NCBI RefSeq assembly: GCF_009914755.1
Contig: NC_060944.1
Length of the DNA stretch: 64,000 nt
Reading direction: 5' to 3' (one strand)
From: the human T2T-CHM13v2.0 reference genome, Homo sapiens
In this document: piece by piece, positions 29,337-42,400 of the stretch
How the letters are laid out: each line of letters starts with the position of its first letter
Position numbering within the stretch: position 1 is the first letter of the stretch
Program-made: the position numbers and the translations under genes
The notes under the pieces: model-generated
The model's database searches: none
Seen by the model: the letters and a program-made list of their open reading frames with translations, nothing else
What the model was told of the DNA's origin: nothing

Positions 29337-30262
29337 CAGACCCAAGCTGTGTCCTGTGAGCAGGCTCGGCGCCACTGCTTCCACCACAGGGCAGGAGCAC
29401 TCTACAACTTTCAGAGCCCACAGCACCAAGAGGACAGGGAGGAGCCAACAAAGGAATGACCCTAGGAAACACACACCCAAAGCAACAAACCAATCCAAGT
29501 AAAAACATGTCTCAGGGCTCCGTTGGTTTTCCCGTGTGGGCAGCCCTGCCCCCCTGTTCCAGCCCGGCCCAGGCACCCTCGACCCTACCCTCGCCAAAGG
29601 GGCCCCTGTCTACCAGAGCAGAGCCTCCCTCTCCAAGGCTCTGTTGCTCCCCCTCTCTAGCTCCCTCACCCTCTCCCTTTCTCTACTTCCCTCTCCACCT
29701 TGCGTGCTCTCTCTCTCAATCTCCCAGGTTCTTCTCTGTCTTTCTCTCGATCGCTGTTTCTCACTCTCCTTCCGTTTCTATCTCTCCATCTCTCTGTCCC
29801 TTGTTCTTCTTCAAGCTGTCTGTGTCTTTGTGTGTCTGTGTGTGTGCTTGTGTTCCCACGCGTGCGCCCCTGTGTATCTGTGTGTTTGGGAGTGGGTTTG
29901 CTAGTGACTGTGGTGGGGTGTGTCTGGATGTCCCTCAGAACCTTTGTGCCAGGATCAGGCTGCCAACTCTTAGCCAGCGCGTGGGTGTCACAGTTGCCGT
30001 AATAGTCTCACACACGCAGGTGTGTGGATCTCGTTTATTTTCATGTAGACAAGGAGAGCGAAACCACAGAGAAAAGAAACGTCCCATGCATCACGTCCTG
30101 AAGAATGATTCCTGTTTCCTGAAAAATGGGGAGTCTCCAATATAGCCTGTTTGAAAACTGGAAAGGAGAGCGACACGATGCTGGTCTTCCATGTATTTCT
30201 GGAAGTTTCTGGGGCCCCACAGAGGTCGGGAAACAAACAGTCAACATGGTCACACTTTCCAG
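29337..30262. repeat. SST1/NBL2-like macrosatellite partial unit (~0.93 kb)
   Basis: GC-rich segment with CT- and GT-rich tracts, followed by gtctcacacacgcaggtgtgtggatctcg...gagagcgaaaccacagagaaaagaaacgtccc, which I recall from SST1/NBL2. Needs a search to confirm. Confidence 0.7.
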
Positions 30263-30406
30263 GGTGCAGAGACTTGTGCTGGGCCCACTGTCTGGCATGC
30301 CCTAGTGAGATGAACACAGAACCTCAGAAGGAAATGCAGAAATCACCCGTCTTCTGCGTCGCTCACGCTGGGAGCTGTAGACTGGAGCTGTTCCTATTCG
30401 GACATC
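30263..30406 (-). mobile_element. Young L1PA (about L1PA2-3) 5'UTR stub, ~first 150 nt only
   Basis: Reverse complement of cgaataggaacagctccagtctacagctcccagcgtgagcgacgcagaagacgggtgatttctgcatttcc; homologous to 10280-10425 but with CpGs retained. Confidence 0.92.
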
Positions 30407-33400
30407 ATCCGGAGAACCTTCTTTGTGATGTGTGCATTCATCTCACAGAGTTGAACACTTCTTTTGATTGAGCAGTTTTGAAACACTTTTTCTGTAGAAT
30501 CTGCAAGTGGATATTTGGAGCGATTTGAGGCCTATTGTCGAAAAGGAAATTTCTTCACATAAAAACTACACAGAAGCATTATGAGGAACTTCTTTGTGAT
30601 GTGAGCCTTCATCTCACAGAGTTGACATGTTCTTCTGATTGAGCAGTTTTGAAACACTCTATTTGTAGAATCTGCAAGTGGATATCTGGAGCGCTTTGAG
30701 GCCTATTATGACAAAGCAAATATCTTCACATAAAAACTACAAAGAAGCATTCTGAGAAACTATTTTGTGATGTGTGCATTCATTTCACAGAGGTGAAACT
30801 TTCGTTCGATTGAGCCGTTTTGAAGCACTCTTTTTGTAGAATCTGAAAGTCGATATTTGCAGCCCTTTAAGGCCTAGTGTGGAAAAGCAAATATCTTCAC
30901 ATAAAAACTACACAGAAGCATTCTGAGAAACATCTTTGTGATGTGTGCATTCATCTCACAGAGTTGAACTTTTTTTGATTGAGCAGTTTTGAATCTCTCT
31001 TTTTGCAGAATCTGCAGGTGGATATTTGGAGCCCTTTGAGGCCTACTGTGGAAAAGCAAATAACTTCACATAAAAACTACACAGAAGAACTCTGAGAAAC
31101 TTCTTTGGGATGTGTGTATTCAACTCACACAGTTGAACCTATCTTTTGATTCAGCAGTTTGAATCTCTCTTTTTGCAGAATCTATAATTGGATATTTGGA
31201 GCCCTTTGGGACCTATGGTGGAAAAGGAAATATCTTCAAATAAAAACTACACAGAAATATTCTGAGAAACTTCGTTGTGATGTGTGCATTCATCTCACAG
31301 GGTTGAACCTATCTTATGAGTGAGCAGTTTAGAAACACTCTTTTTGTAGAATCTGCAAGTGGAAAATTGGAGCGCTTTGAGGCCGACCGTAGAAAAGCAA
31401 ATATCTTCACATAAAAACTACACAGAAGCATTCAGAGAAACTTCTTTGTGATGTATGCATTCAACTCACAGAGCTGAACCTATATTTGATTGAGCTGTTT
31501 TGAATCACTCTTTTTGCAGAATCTACAGGTAAATATTTGGACCCTTGGAGGCTTACTGTAGAAAAGCAAATATCTTCACATAAAAACTATACAGAAACAT
31601 TCTGAGAAACTACTTTGGGATACGTGCATTCAACTCACAGAGTTGAACCTATCTTTTGATTGAGCAGTTTTGAATCTCTCTTTTTGCCGAATCTGCAAGT
31701 GGATATTAGGAAGCCTTTGCAGCCTAAGGTGGAAAAGGAAGTATCCTCAAATAAAAACTACACAGAAGAATCCTGAGAAACTTCTTTGTGATGTGTGCAT
31801 TCATCTCAGAGAGTTGAACTTTTCTTTTGATTCAGCAGTTTTGATACCCTTTTTGTAGAATCTGCAAGTGGATATATGGAGCTCATTGAGGCCTATTGTG
31901 GAAAAGGAAATATCTTCATATAAAAACTACACAGAAGCATTCTGAGTAACTTCTTTGTGATGTGTGCATTCATCTCACAGAATTGAACCTTTCTTTTGAT
32001 TGAGCAGCTTTGAAACACTCTTTTTGTAGAATCTGCAAGTGGGTAATTGGAGCCCTTTGAGGCCTGTTGTGGAAAAAGAAATATCTTCACATAAAAACTA
32101 CTCAGAAACATTCTAAGAAACTTCTTTGTGATGTGTACATTCAATTCAAAGAGATGAACCTATCTTTTGATGGACCAGGTTAGAATCTCTCTTTTTGTGG
32201 AATGTGAAAGCGGATATTTGGAGCCCTTTGTGCCCTATGGTAAAAAAGAAAATATCTTCAAATAAAAACTACACAGAAGCATTCTCTGATACTACTTCGT
32301 GATGTGTGCATTCAACTCACAGAGTTGAACCTGTCTTTTGATTGAGCAGTTTTGAATCTCTCTTTTTGTACAATCTGCAAGTGGATATTTGGAGCGCTGT
32401 GAGGTCTACTGTGGAAAATCAAATATGTTCACATGAAAACTACAAAAAACCATTCTGAGAAACTTCTTTGTGATGTGTGCATTCAACTCACAGAGTTGAA
32501 CCTCTCTTTTAATTGAGCAGTTTTGAATATCTCTTTTTGCAGTATCTGCAAGTGGATAATTGGAGTGCTTTCAGGTCTAATGTGGAAAAGCAAATATCTT
32601 CACATAAAAACTACACAGAAGCATTCTGAGAAACTTCTCTGTGATGTGTGCATTCATCTCAGAGAGTTGAAACTTTCTTTTCATTGAGCAGTGTTGAAAC
32701 ACTCTTTTTGTAGGATCTGCAGGGGATATTTGGAGCCCCTAGAGACCTATTGTGAAAAAGGAAATACCTTCTCATAAAAACTACACAGAAACATTCAGAG
32801 AAACTTCTTTGTGATGGGTGCATTCATCTCACAGAGTTGAACATTTCATTTTATTGAGCAATTTTGAAACACTCTTTTTGTAGAATCTGCAAGTGGTTAA
32901 TTGGAGCCCTTTGTGGTGTATTGTGGAAAAAGAAATATCTTCACATAAAAACTACTCAGAAGCATTCTGAGAAACTTCTTTGTGATGTGTGCATTCAACT
33001 CACAGAGTTGAACCTATCTTTTGATTATGCAGTTTAGAATCTCTCTCTTTGTAGAATCTGTAAGTGGCTATTTGGAGCCTTTTGGGCCCTATGGTGGTAA
33101 AGGACATATCTTCAAATAAAAACCGCACAGAAGTATTCTGACAAAGTTCTACGAGATGTGTGCATTAAACTCACAGAGATGAACCTATATTTTGATTGAG
33201 CAGTTTTGAATCTCTCTTTTTGTAGAATCTGCAACTGGATATTTGCAGCCCTGTGAGGCCTACTGTGGAAAATCAAATATGTTCACATAAAAACCAAACA
33301 GAAGCATTCTGAGAAAATTCTTTGTGATGTGTGCATTCAACTCCCAACGCTGAACTACCTTTTGACTGAGCAGTTTTGAATCTCTCTTTTTGCAGAATCT

Positions 33401-36400
33401 GCAAGTGGATATTTGGAGAGCTTTGAGGACTATTTTGGAAAAGGAAATAACTTCAAATAAAAACTACACAGAAGCATTCTGAGAAACTTCTTTGTGAGGT
33501 GTGCATTCAACTCACAGAGTTGAACCTATCTTCTCATTGAGAAGTTTAGAATCTCTCTTTTGTAGAATCTGCAAGTGGATATTTGGAGCACTTTGAGGCC
33601 TACCGTGGAAAAGCAAATATCTGCAGATAAAAACTACACAGAAGCATTATGAGAAACTTCTTTGTGATGTATGCATTCATCTCACAGAGTTGAACATTTC
33701 TTTTGATTGAGCAGTTTTGAATCTGTCTTTTTGCAGAATCGGCAGGTTTATATTTGGAGATTTTGAGGTCTACTGTGTGAAAGCAAGTATCTTCACTTAA
33801 AGACTACACAGAAGCATTCTGAGAAAATCCTTTGGGATGTGTGAATTCATCTCACAGAGTTGAACTTTTCTTTTGATTGAGCAGTTTTGAAACACTCTTT
33901 TGTAGAATCTGCTAGTGGATAATTGGAGCCCTTTGAGACCTATTGTGGAAAAGCAAATATCTTCACATAAAAACTACTCAGAAGCATTCTGAGAAACTTC
34001 TTTGTGATGTGTGCATTGAACTCACAGAGTTGAACCTACCCTTTGATTGAGCAGTTTGGAATCTCTCTTTGTAGAATTTGTAAGTGGATATTTGGAACCC
34101 TTTGCACCCTAAGGTGGAAAAGGAAATATCTTCAAACAAAAAATTCACAGAAGCATTCTCAGAAACTACTTCGTGATGTGTGCATTCAACTCACAGAGCT
34201 GAACCTATCTTTTGATTGAGCAGTTTTGAATCTCTCTTTTGCAGATTCTGCCAGTGGATATTTGGAGGGCTGTGAGGCCTATTGTTGAAAATCAAATATG
34301 TTTACATAAAAACTACACAGAAACATTCTGAGAAACTTCTTTGTGATTGGTGCATTTATCTCACAGTTGAACCCTTCTTTTGATTGAGCAGTTTTGAATC
34401 TCTCCTTTTGCAGAATCTGCAAGTGGATATTTGGAGAGCTTTGGGGCCTGTTGTAGAAAAGGAAATATCTTCACATAAAAACTACACAGAAGTATTCTTA
34501 CAAACTTCTTTGTGAGGTGTGCATTAACTCACAGAGTTGAATATATCTTCTGATTGAGCAGTTTTGAATCTCTCTTTTTGTAGAATCTGCAAGTTGATAT
34601 TTGGAGCCCTTTGTGCCCCATGGTGGAAAAGGAAATACCCTCAAATAAAAACTACACAGAGGCATTCAGAGAAACTTCTTTGTGAGGTATGCATTCACCT
34701 CACAGAGTTGAACGTATCTTTTGATTGAGCAGTTTGAATCTCTCTTTTTGCAGAATCGGCAGGTTTATATTTGAAGCCTTTGAGGCCTACTGTGTAAAAG
34801 CAAATATCTCACTTAAAGACTACACAGAAGCATTCTGAGAAAATCCTTTGGGATGTGTGAATTCTACTCACAGGGTTGAACCTATCTTTTGATTGAGCAG
34901 TTTTGAATCTCTCCTTTTGTAGAATCTGCAAGTGGATATTTGGAGCCCTTTGTGGCCTACTTTGGAAAAGGAAATATCTTCAAATAAAAACTACACAGAA
35001 ACATTCTGAGAAACTACTTTGTGATGTGTGCATTCATCTCACAGGGTTGAGCCTATCTTATGATTCAGCGGTTTTGAAACAATCTTTTTGTAGAATCTGC
35101 ATGTGGATATTTGGAGCACTTTGAGGCCTACCGTGGAATAGCAAATATCTTCAGATAAATAAAACAGAGAAGCATTCTGAGAAACTTCTTTGTGATGTGT
35201 GCATTCAACTCACATAGTTGAAACCTTCTTTTGATTGAGCAGTTTTGAAACACACTTATTGTAGAATCTGCAAGTGGATATTTGGAGACCTTCGAGGCCT
35301 ACTGTGTAAAAGAAATATCTTCATATAAAAACTACACAGAAGCATTCTGAGAAACTTCTTTCTGATGTGTGCATTCAACTCACAGAGTTGAACCTGTCTT
35401 TTGATTGAGCAGTTTTGAATCTCTATTTTGTAGAATCTGCAAGTGGATAGTTGGAGCGCTGTGAGGTCTACTGTGGAAAATCAAATATGTTCACATAAAA
35501 ACGGCACAGAAGCATTCTTAGAAACTTGTTTGTGATGTTTGCATTCATCTCACAGAGTTGAACCTTTCTTTTGATTGAGCAGTTTTGAAACACTCTTTTT
35601 GTAGAATCTTCAAGTGGATATTTGGAGCCCTTTGAGGCTTATTGTGGAAAGGGAAATATCTTCACATAAAAACTACACAGAAGCATTCTGAGAAACTTCT
35701 TGTGATGTGTGCATTCATCTCACAGGGTTGAATCTTGCTTTTGATTGAGCAGTTTTGAAACACTGTTTTTGCAGAAACTGCAAGTGGAAAATTGGCCTCC
35801 TTTGAGGCCTATTGTGGAAAAGGAAATATCTTCAAATAAAAAGTACTCAGAAGCATTCTGAGAAACTTCTTTGTGACGTGTGCATTCAACTCACAGAGGT
35901 GAAACTATCTTTTGAGCAGTTTAGAATCTCTCTTTTTGTAGAATCTGCAAGTGGATAGTTGGAGCCATTTGTGCCTTATGGAGGAAAAGGAAATATCTTT
36001 AAATAAAAACTACACAGGAAAATTCTCAGAAATTTCTTCGTGATGTGTGCATTCAACTCAAAGAGTTGAACTTATCTTACGATTGAGCATTTTTGAAACC
36101 CTCTTTTTGTATTATCTGCAAGTGGATATTTGGAACGCTTTGAGGCCTACCATGGAAAAGCAAATATCTTTAGATAAAAACTACAGAGAAGCATTCTGAG
36201 AAACTTCTTTGTGATATGTGCTTTCATCTCACAGTGTTAAACTTTTCTTTTGATTCAGCAGTTTTGAAAGACTCTTTTTGTAGAATCTGCAAGTGGATAA
36301 TTGGAGCCCTTTGAGGCCTCTTGTGGAAAAGGAAATATCTTCACATAAAAACTGCACAGAAGGATTCTGAGAAACTTCTTTGTGATCTGTGCATTCATCC

Positions 36401-39400
36401 CACAGATTTGAAGCTTCCTTTTCATTGAGCAGTTTGGAAAAACTCTTTTTGTACAATCTGCCAGTAGACATTTGGAGCCCCTTGACACCTATTGTGGAAA
36501 AGAAAATATCTTCACATAAAACCTACACGGAAGCATTCTGAGAAACTTCTTTGTGATGAGTGATTTCAATTCACAGGGTTGAACCTCTCTTCTCATTGAG
36601 CAGTTTTGAATCTTTTTGCAGAATCTGCAAGTGGATATTTGGAGCCCTTTGTGGCCTATGGTAGAAAAGGAAATATCTTCAAGTAAAAACTACACAGAAA
36701 CATTCTCAGAAACTTCTTTGTGATGTGTGCTTTCATCTCAAAGGTTTGAGGCTATCTTATGATTGAGTAGTTATGAAACACTCTTTTTGTAGAATCCACA
36801 AGTGGATATTTTGATCACTTTGAGGCCTACTGTGGAAAAGGAGTTACCTTCAGTTAAAAACGGCACAGAAGCATTCTCAGAAACTTCTTTGTGATGTGTG
36901 CATTTATCTCACAGAGTTGAACATTTCTTTTGATTGAACAGTTTTGAAACACTTTTTGTAGAATTTTCAAGTGAATATATGCAGCCCTTTGACGCCTATT
37001 CTGGAAAAGGAAATATCTTCACATAAAAACTACCCAGAAGCACTCTGAGAAACTTCTTTGTGAGGTGTGCATTGAACTCACAGAGCTGACACTTTCTTTT
37101 GATTGAGCAGTTTTGAAACACACCTTTTGTAGAATCTGCAAGTGGATATTTGGAACCCTTTGCACCCTATGGTGGAAAAAGAAATGTCTTCAAATAAAAA
37201 CTACACAGAAGCATTTAGAGAAACTTCTTTGTGATGTACGCTTTCAACTCACAGAGTTGAACCTATCTTTTGATTGAGCAGTTATGAATCTCTCTTTCTG
37301 CAGAATCTGCAGGATGATATTTGGAGCCCTTTAAGGCCTTCCGTGGAAAAGCAAATATCTTCACTAAAAAACTACACAGAAGCATTCTGGGAAAATTCTT
37401 TGGAATGTGTGAATTCAACTCACAGGTTTGAACCTTTCTTCTGATTGAGCAGTTTTGAATCTTTTTGCAGAATCTGCAAGTGGATATTTGAAGCCCTTTG
37501 CGGCCGATCGTAGAAAAGGAAATATCTTCAAATAAAAACTTCACAGAAACATTCTGAGAAACTTTTTTGTGATGTATACATTCATCTCACAGGGTTGAGC
37601 CTATCTTATGATTGAGCAGTTTTGAAACACTCTTTTTGTAGAGTCTGCAAGTGGATACTTGGAGCGCTTTGAGGCCTACCGTGGTAAAGCAAATATCTTC
37701 ACATAAAAACTACACAGAAGCATTCTGAGCAACTTCTTAGTGATGTGTGCATTGTACTCACAGTGTTGAGATTGAGCAGTTTCGAATCCATCTTTTTGTA
37801 GGATCTGCAACGTGGATATTTGGAGCCCTTGCACCGTATGGAGGAAAAGGAAATATCTTCATATAAAAACTACACAGAAGCATTCTCAGAAACTTCATCG
37901 TAATGTGTGTATTCAACTCACAGAATTGAACCTAACTTTTGATTGAACAGTTTTGAATCTCTCTTTTTGTAAAATCTGCAAGTGGATATTTGGACCACTG
38001 TGAGACCTAATGTGGAAAATCAAATAAGTTCACATAAAACTACAAAGAAACATTCTGAGAAACTACGTTGTGATTTGTGCATGCAACTCACAGAGGTGAA
38101 CCTACCTTTCGATTGAGCAGTTTTGAATCTCTCCCTTTGCAGAATATGCAGGTGGAGGTTTGGAGATCTTTGAGGCCAATTGTGGAGAAGAAAATATCTT
38201 CACATAAAAAGTACACAGAAGCGTTCTGAGAAACTTCTTTGTGAGGTGTGCATTCAACTCACAGAGTTGAACTTATCTTCTCATTGAGCAGCTTTGAATC
38301 CCTCTGTAGAATCTGCAAGTGGATATTTGAAGCCCTTTGGCCCCATGGTGGAAAAAGAAATATCTTCAAATAAAAACTACACAGAAGCAATCGGAGGAGC
38401 TTCTTTGTGATGTATGCATTCAACTCACAGAGTTGAAGCTATCTTTTGATTAAGCAGTTTTCAATCTCTCTTTTTGCAGAATCTGCAAGTTTATATTTTC
38501 AGCCCTTTGAGGCCTACTGTGGAAAAGAAAATATCTTCACTTAAAAACTACACAGAGGCATTCTGAGAAAATACTTTGTGATTTGTGCATTCATCTCACA
38601 GAGTTGAAACTTTCTTTTGATTGAGCAGTTTTGAAACACTCTTTTTGTAGAATCTGCAAGTGGATATTTGGAGCCCTTTGAGGTCTATTGTGGATAAGGA
38701 AATATCTTCACATAAAAACTTCACATAAGCATTCTGATAAACTTCTTTGTGATGTGTGCATTCATCTCTCAGAGTTGAACTTTCTTTTGATTGAGCAGTT
38801 TTGAAACACACTTGTTGTAGAATCTGCAAGTGGTCATTTGAAGCCCTTTGAGGTCTATTGTGGAAAAGAAATATCTTCACATAAAAACTACATAGAAGCA
38901 TTCTCAGAAACTTCTTTGTGATCTGTGCGTTCATCTCACAGAGTTGAATCTTTCTTTTGATACAGCAGTTTTGAAACACTCTTTTTGTAGAATCTGCAAG
39001 TGGATATTTGGAGCTCATTGGGGCTTACTGTGGAAAAACAAATATCTTCACATAGAAACTACACAGAAGCATTCTGAGAAACTTCTTTGTGATGTGTACA
39101 TTCATCTCACAGATTTGAAACTTTCTTTTCGTTGAGCAGTTTTAAAACTCTCTTTTTGTAGAATCTGGAAGTGGATAATAGGAGCCCATAGAGGCCTATT
39201 GTGGAAAAGAAAATATCTTCACTTAAAAGCTACTCAGAAGCATTCTGAGAAGCTTCTTTGTGATGTGTGCATTCAACTCACAGAGTTGAAATTATCTTTT
39301 GATTGAGAAGGTTTGAATTTCTCTCTTTGTAGAATCTGCAAGTGGATATTTGGAGCCCTTTGCACACTATGGTGGAAAAGGAAATATCTTCAAATAAAAA

Positions 39401-42400
39401 CTACACAGAAGCATTCTCAGAAACTTCTTCATGATGTGTGCATTCAACTGACAGAGTTGAACCTATCTTTTGATTGAGCAGTTTTGAGTCTCTCTTTTGT
39501 AGAATCTGAAAGTGGATATTTGGAGCGCTGTGAGGCCTACTGTGGAAAATAAAATATCTTCACATAAAAACTACACAGAAGAATTCTGAGAAATTTCTTT
39601 GTGATGTGTGCATTCATATCACAGAGTTGAACTTTTCTTTTGATTGAGCAGTTTTGAAACACTCTTTGAAGAATCTGCAATTGGATAATTGGAGCCCTTT
39701 GAGGCCTACTGTGGAAAAGAATATATCTTCACATAAAAACTACTCAGAAGCATTCTGAGAAACTTACTTATTTGTGATGTGTGCATTCAACTCACATAGT
39801 TGAACCTATCTTTTGATTGAGTAGTTTTGAATCTCTCTTTTTGCAGAATCTGCAAGTGGATGTTTGGAGAGCTTTCAGGCCTATTGTGGAAAAGGAAATA
39901 TTTTCACATAAAAACTACACAGAACCATTCTGAGAAACTTCTTTGTGTCGTGTGCATTCAACTCACAGAGTTGAACTTATGTCCTCTTTGAGCAGTTTTG
40001 AGTCTCTCTTTTTGTAGAATGTGCAAGTGGATATTTGGAGCCCATTGTGTCCTATGGTAGAAAAGGAAATATCTTCAGATAAAAACTACACAGAAGCATT
40101 CTGAGAAACTTCTTTGTGATATGTGCATTTATCTTACAGGTTTGAACCTACCATATTATTGAGCAGTTTTGAAACACTCTTTTTGTAGAATCTGTAAATG
40201 GATATTTGGAGGGAATTGAGATCTACCATGGAAAAGCATATATCTGCAGACAAAAACTAAACAGAAGCATTCTGAGAAACTTCTTTGTGATGTGTGCATT
40301 CATCTCACAGAGTTGAAACTTTCCTTTGATTGAGTAGTTTTGAAAGACTCTTTTTGTAGAATCTGTAACTGGATATTTGGAGCCCTTTGAGGAATATTGT
40401 GGAAAAGGAAATATCTTCACATAAAAACTACACAGAAGCATTCTGAGAAACTTCTTTATGAGGAGTGCATTCAACCCACAGAGTTGAACTTTTCTTCTCA
40501 TTGAGCAGTTTTGAATCTCTCTATTTGTAGAATCTGCAAGTGGATATTTGCTGCCCTTTGAGGCCTACTGAGGAAAAGCAAATATCTTCATATAAAAACT
40601 ACACAGAAGCATTCTGAGAAACTTCTTTGGGATGTGTACATTCAACTCCCAGAGTTGAACCTATCTTTTGATTGAGCAGTTTTGAATCTCTCTTTTGGCA
40701 GAAACTGCAAGTAGATATTTGGAGCCATTTGTGGCCTTTGGTGGAAAAAGAAATATCTTCAAATAAAAACTAAACAGAAACATACTGAGAAACTTCTTTG
40801 TGATGTGTGCATTCATCTCACAGGGTTGAACCTATCTTATGATTGAGCGGTTTTGAAACACTCCTTTTGTAGAATCAGGAAGTGTATATTTGGAGCGCTT
40901 TGAGGCCCACCGTGGAAAAGCAAATATCTTCAGATAAAAACTACACAGAAGCATTCTGAGAAACTTCTTTGTGATGTGTGCATTCATCTCACAAAGGTGA
41001 ACCTTACTTTTGATTCAGCAGTTTTGAAAGACTCTTTTTGTAGAATCTGCAAGTGGATATTTGGAGCCCTTTGATGGCTATTGTGGAAAAGTAAATATCT
41101 TCACATAAAAACTACTCAGAAGCATTCTGATAAACTTCTTTGTGATGTATGCATGCAACTCACAGAATTGAACCTATCTTATGATTGAGCAGTTTTGAAT
41201 CTCTCTTTTTGCAGAATCTGTAACTGAATGTTTTGAGCGCCTTAAGGCCTACTGTGGAAAAGCAAATATCTTCAGATAAAAGCTACACAGAAGCATTCAG
41301 AGAAACTTCTTTGCGATGTTTGCATTCATCTCACAGAGTTAAAACTTTCTCTTGATTGAGCAGTTTTGAAACACTCTTTTTGTAGAATCTGCAAGTGGAT
41401 ATTTGGAGCCCTTTGAGGCCTATTGTGGAAAAGGAAATATCTTCCCATGAAAACTACATAGAAGCATTCTGGGAAACTTCTTTGGGATGTGTGCATTCAA
41501 CTCACAGAGTTGAACCTATCTTTTGATTGAGCAGTTTGGAATCTCTCTTTTTGAAGAATCTGCAAGTGTGTGTTTTCAAAGCTTTGTGGCCTATTGTGGA
41601 AAAGGAAATATCTTCACATAAAAACTACACATAAACATTCTGAGAAAGTTCTTTGCGGTGTGTGCATTCATCTCACGGAGTTGAAACTTTCTTTTGATTG
41701 AGCAGTTTTGAAACACTCTTTTTGTACAATCTGCAAGCTGATAATTGGAGCCCTTTGAGGACTATTGTGGAAAAGGAAATATCTTCAAATAAAAACTACT
41801 CAGAAGCATTCTGATAAACTTCTTTCTGATGTGTGCATTCAACTCACAGAGTTGAACCTATATTTTGATTGAGCAGTTTAGAAGCTCTCTTTTTGCAGAA
41901 TCTGCAAGTGGATGTTTGGAAAGCTTGGAAACCTATTATGGAAAAGGAAACATCTTCACATAAAAACTACACAGAAGCATTCTGAGAAACTTCTCTGTGA
42001 GGTGTGCATTCAACCCACAGAGTTTAACTTATTTTCTCATTGAGCAATTTTGAATCTCTCTTTTTGTAAAATCTGCAGGTGGATATTTGGAGCCCTTTGC
42101 ACCCCATGGTGGAAAAGGAAATATCTTCAAATAAAAACTACATGGAAGCATTCATAGAAACTTCTTTGTGATGTATGCATTCAACTCACAGAGTTGAAAC
42201 TATCTTATTATTGAGCAGTTTTGAATCTCTCTTTTTGCAGAATCTGCAACTGGATATTTGGAGCGCTTTGAGGCCTAACGTGGAAAAGCAAATATCTTCC
42301 GATAAAAGCTACACAGAAGCATTCTGAGAAACTTCTTTGCGATGTGTGCATTCAACTCACAGAGTTGAAACTTTCTTTTGATTGAGCAGATTTGAAATAC

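Noticed and set aside
29456-30145. 229-aa ORF and overlapping 122-aa and 100-aa ORFs
   Set aside because: They run through CT/GT low-complexity tracts of the SST1-like repeat, several frames are open, and no domain is recognisable.
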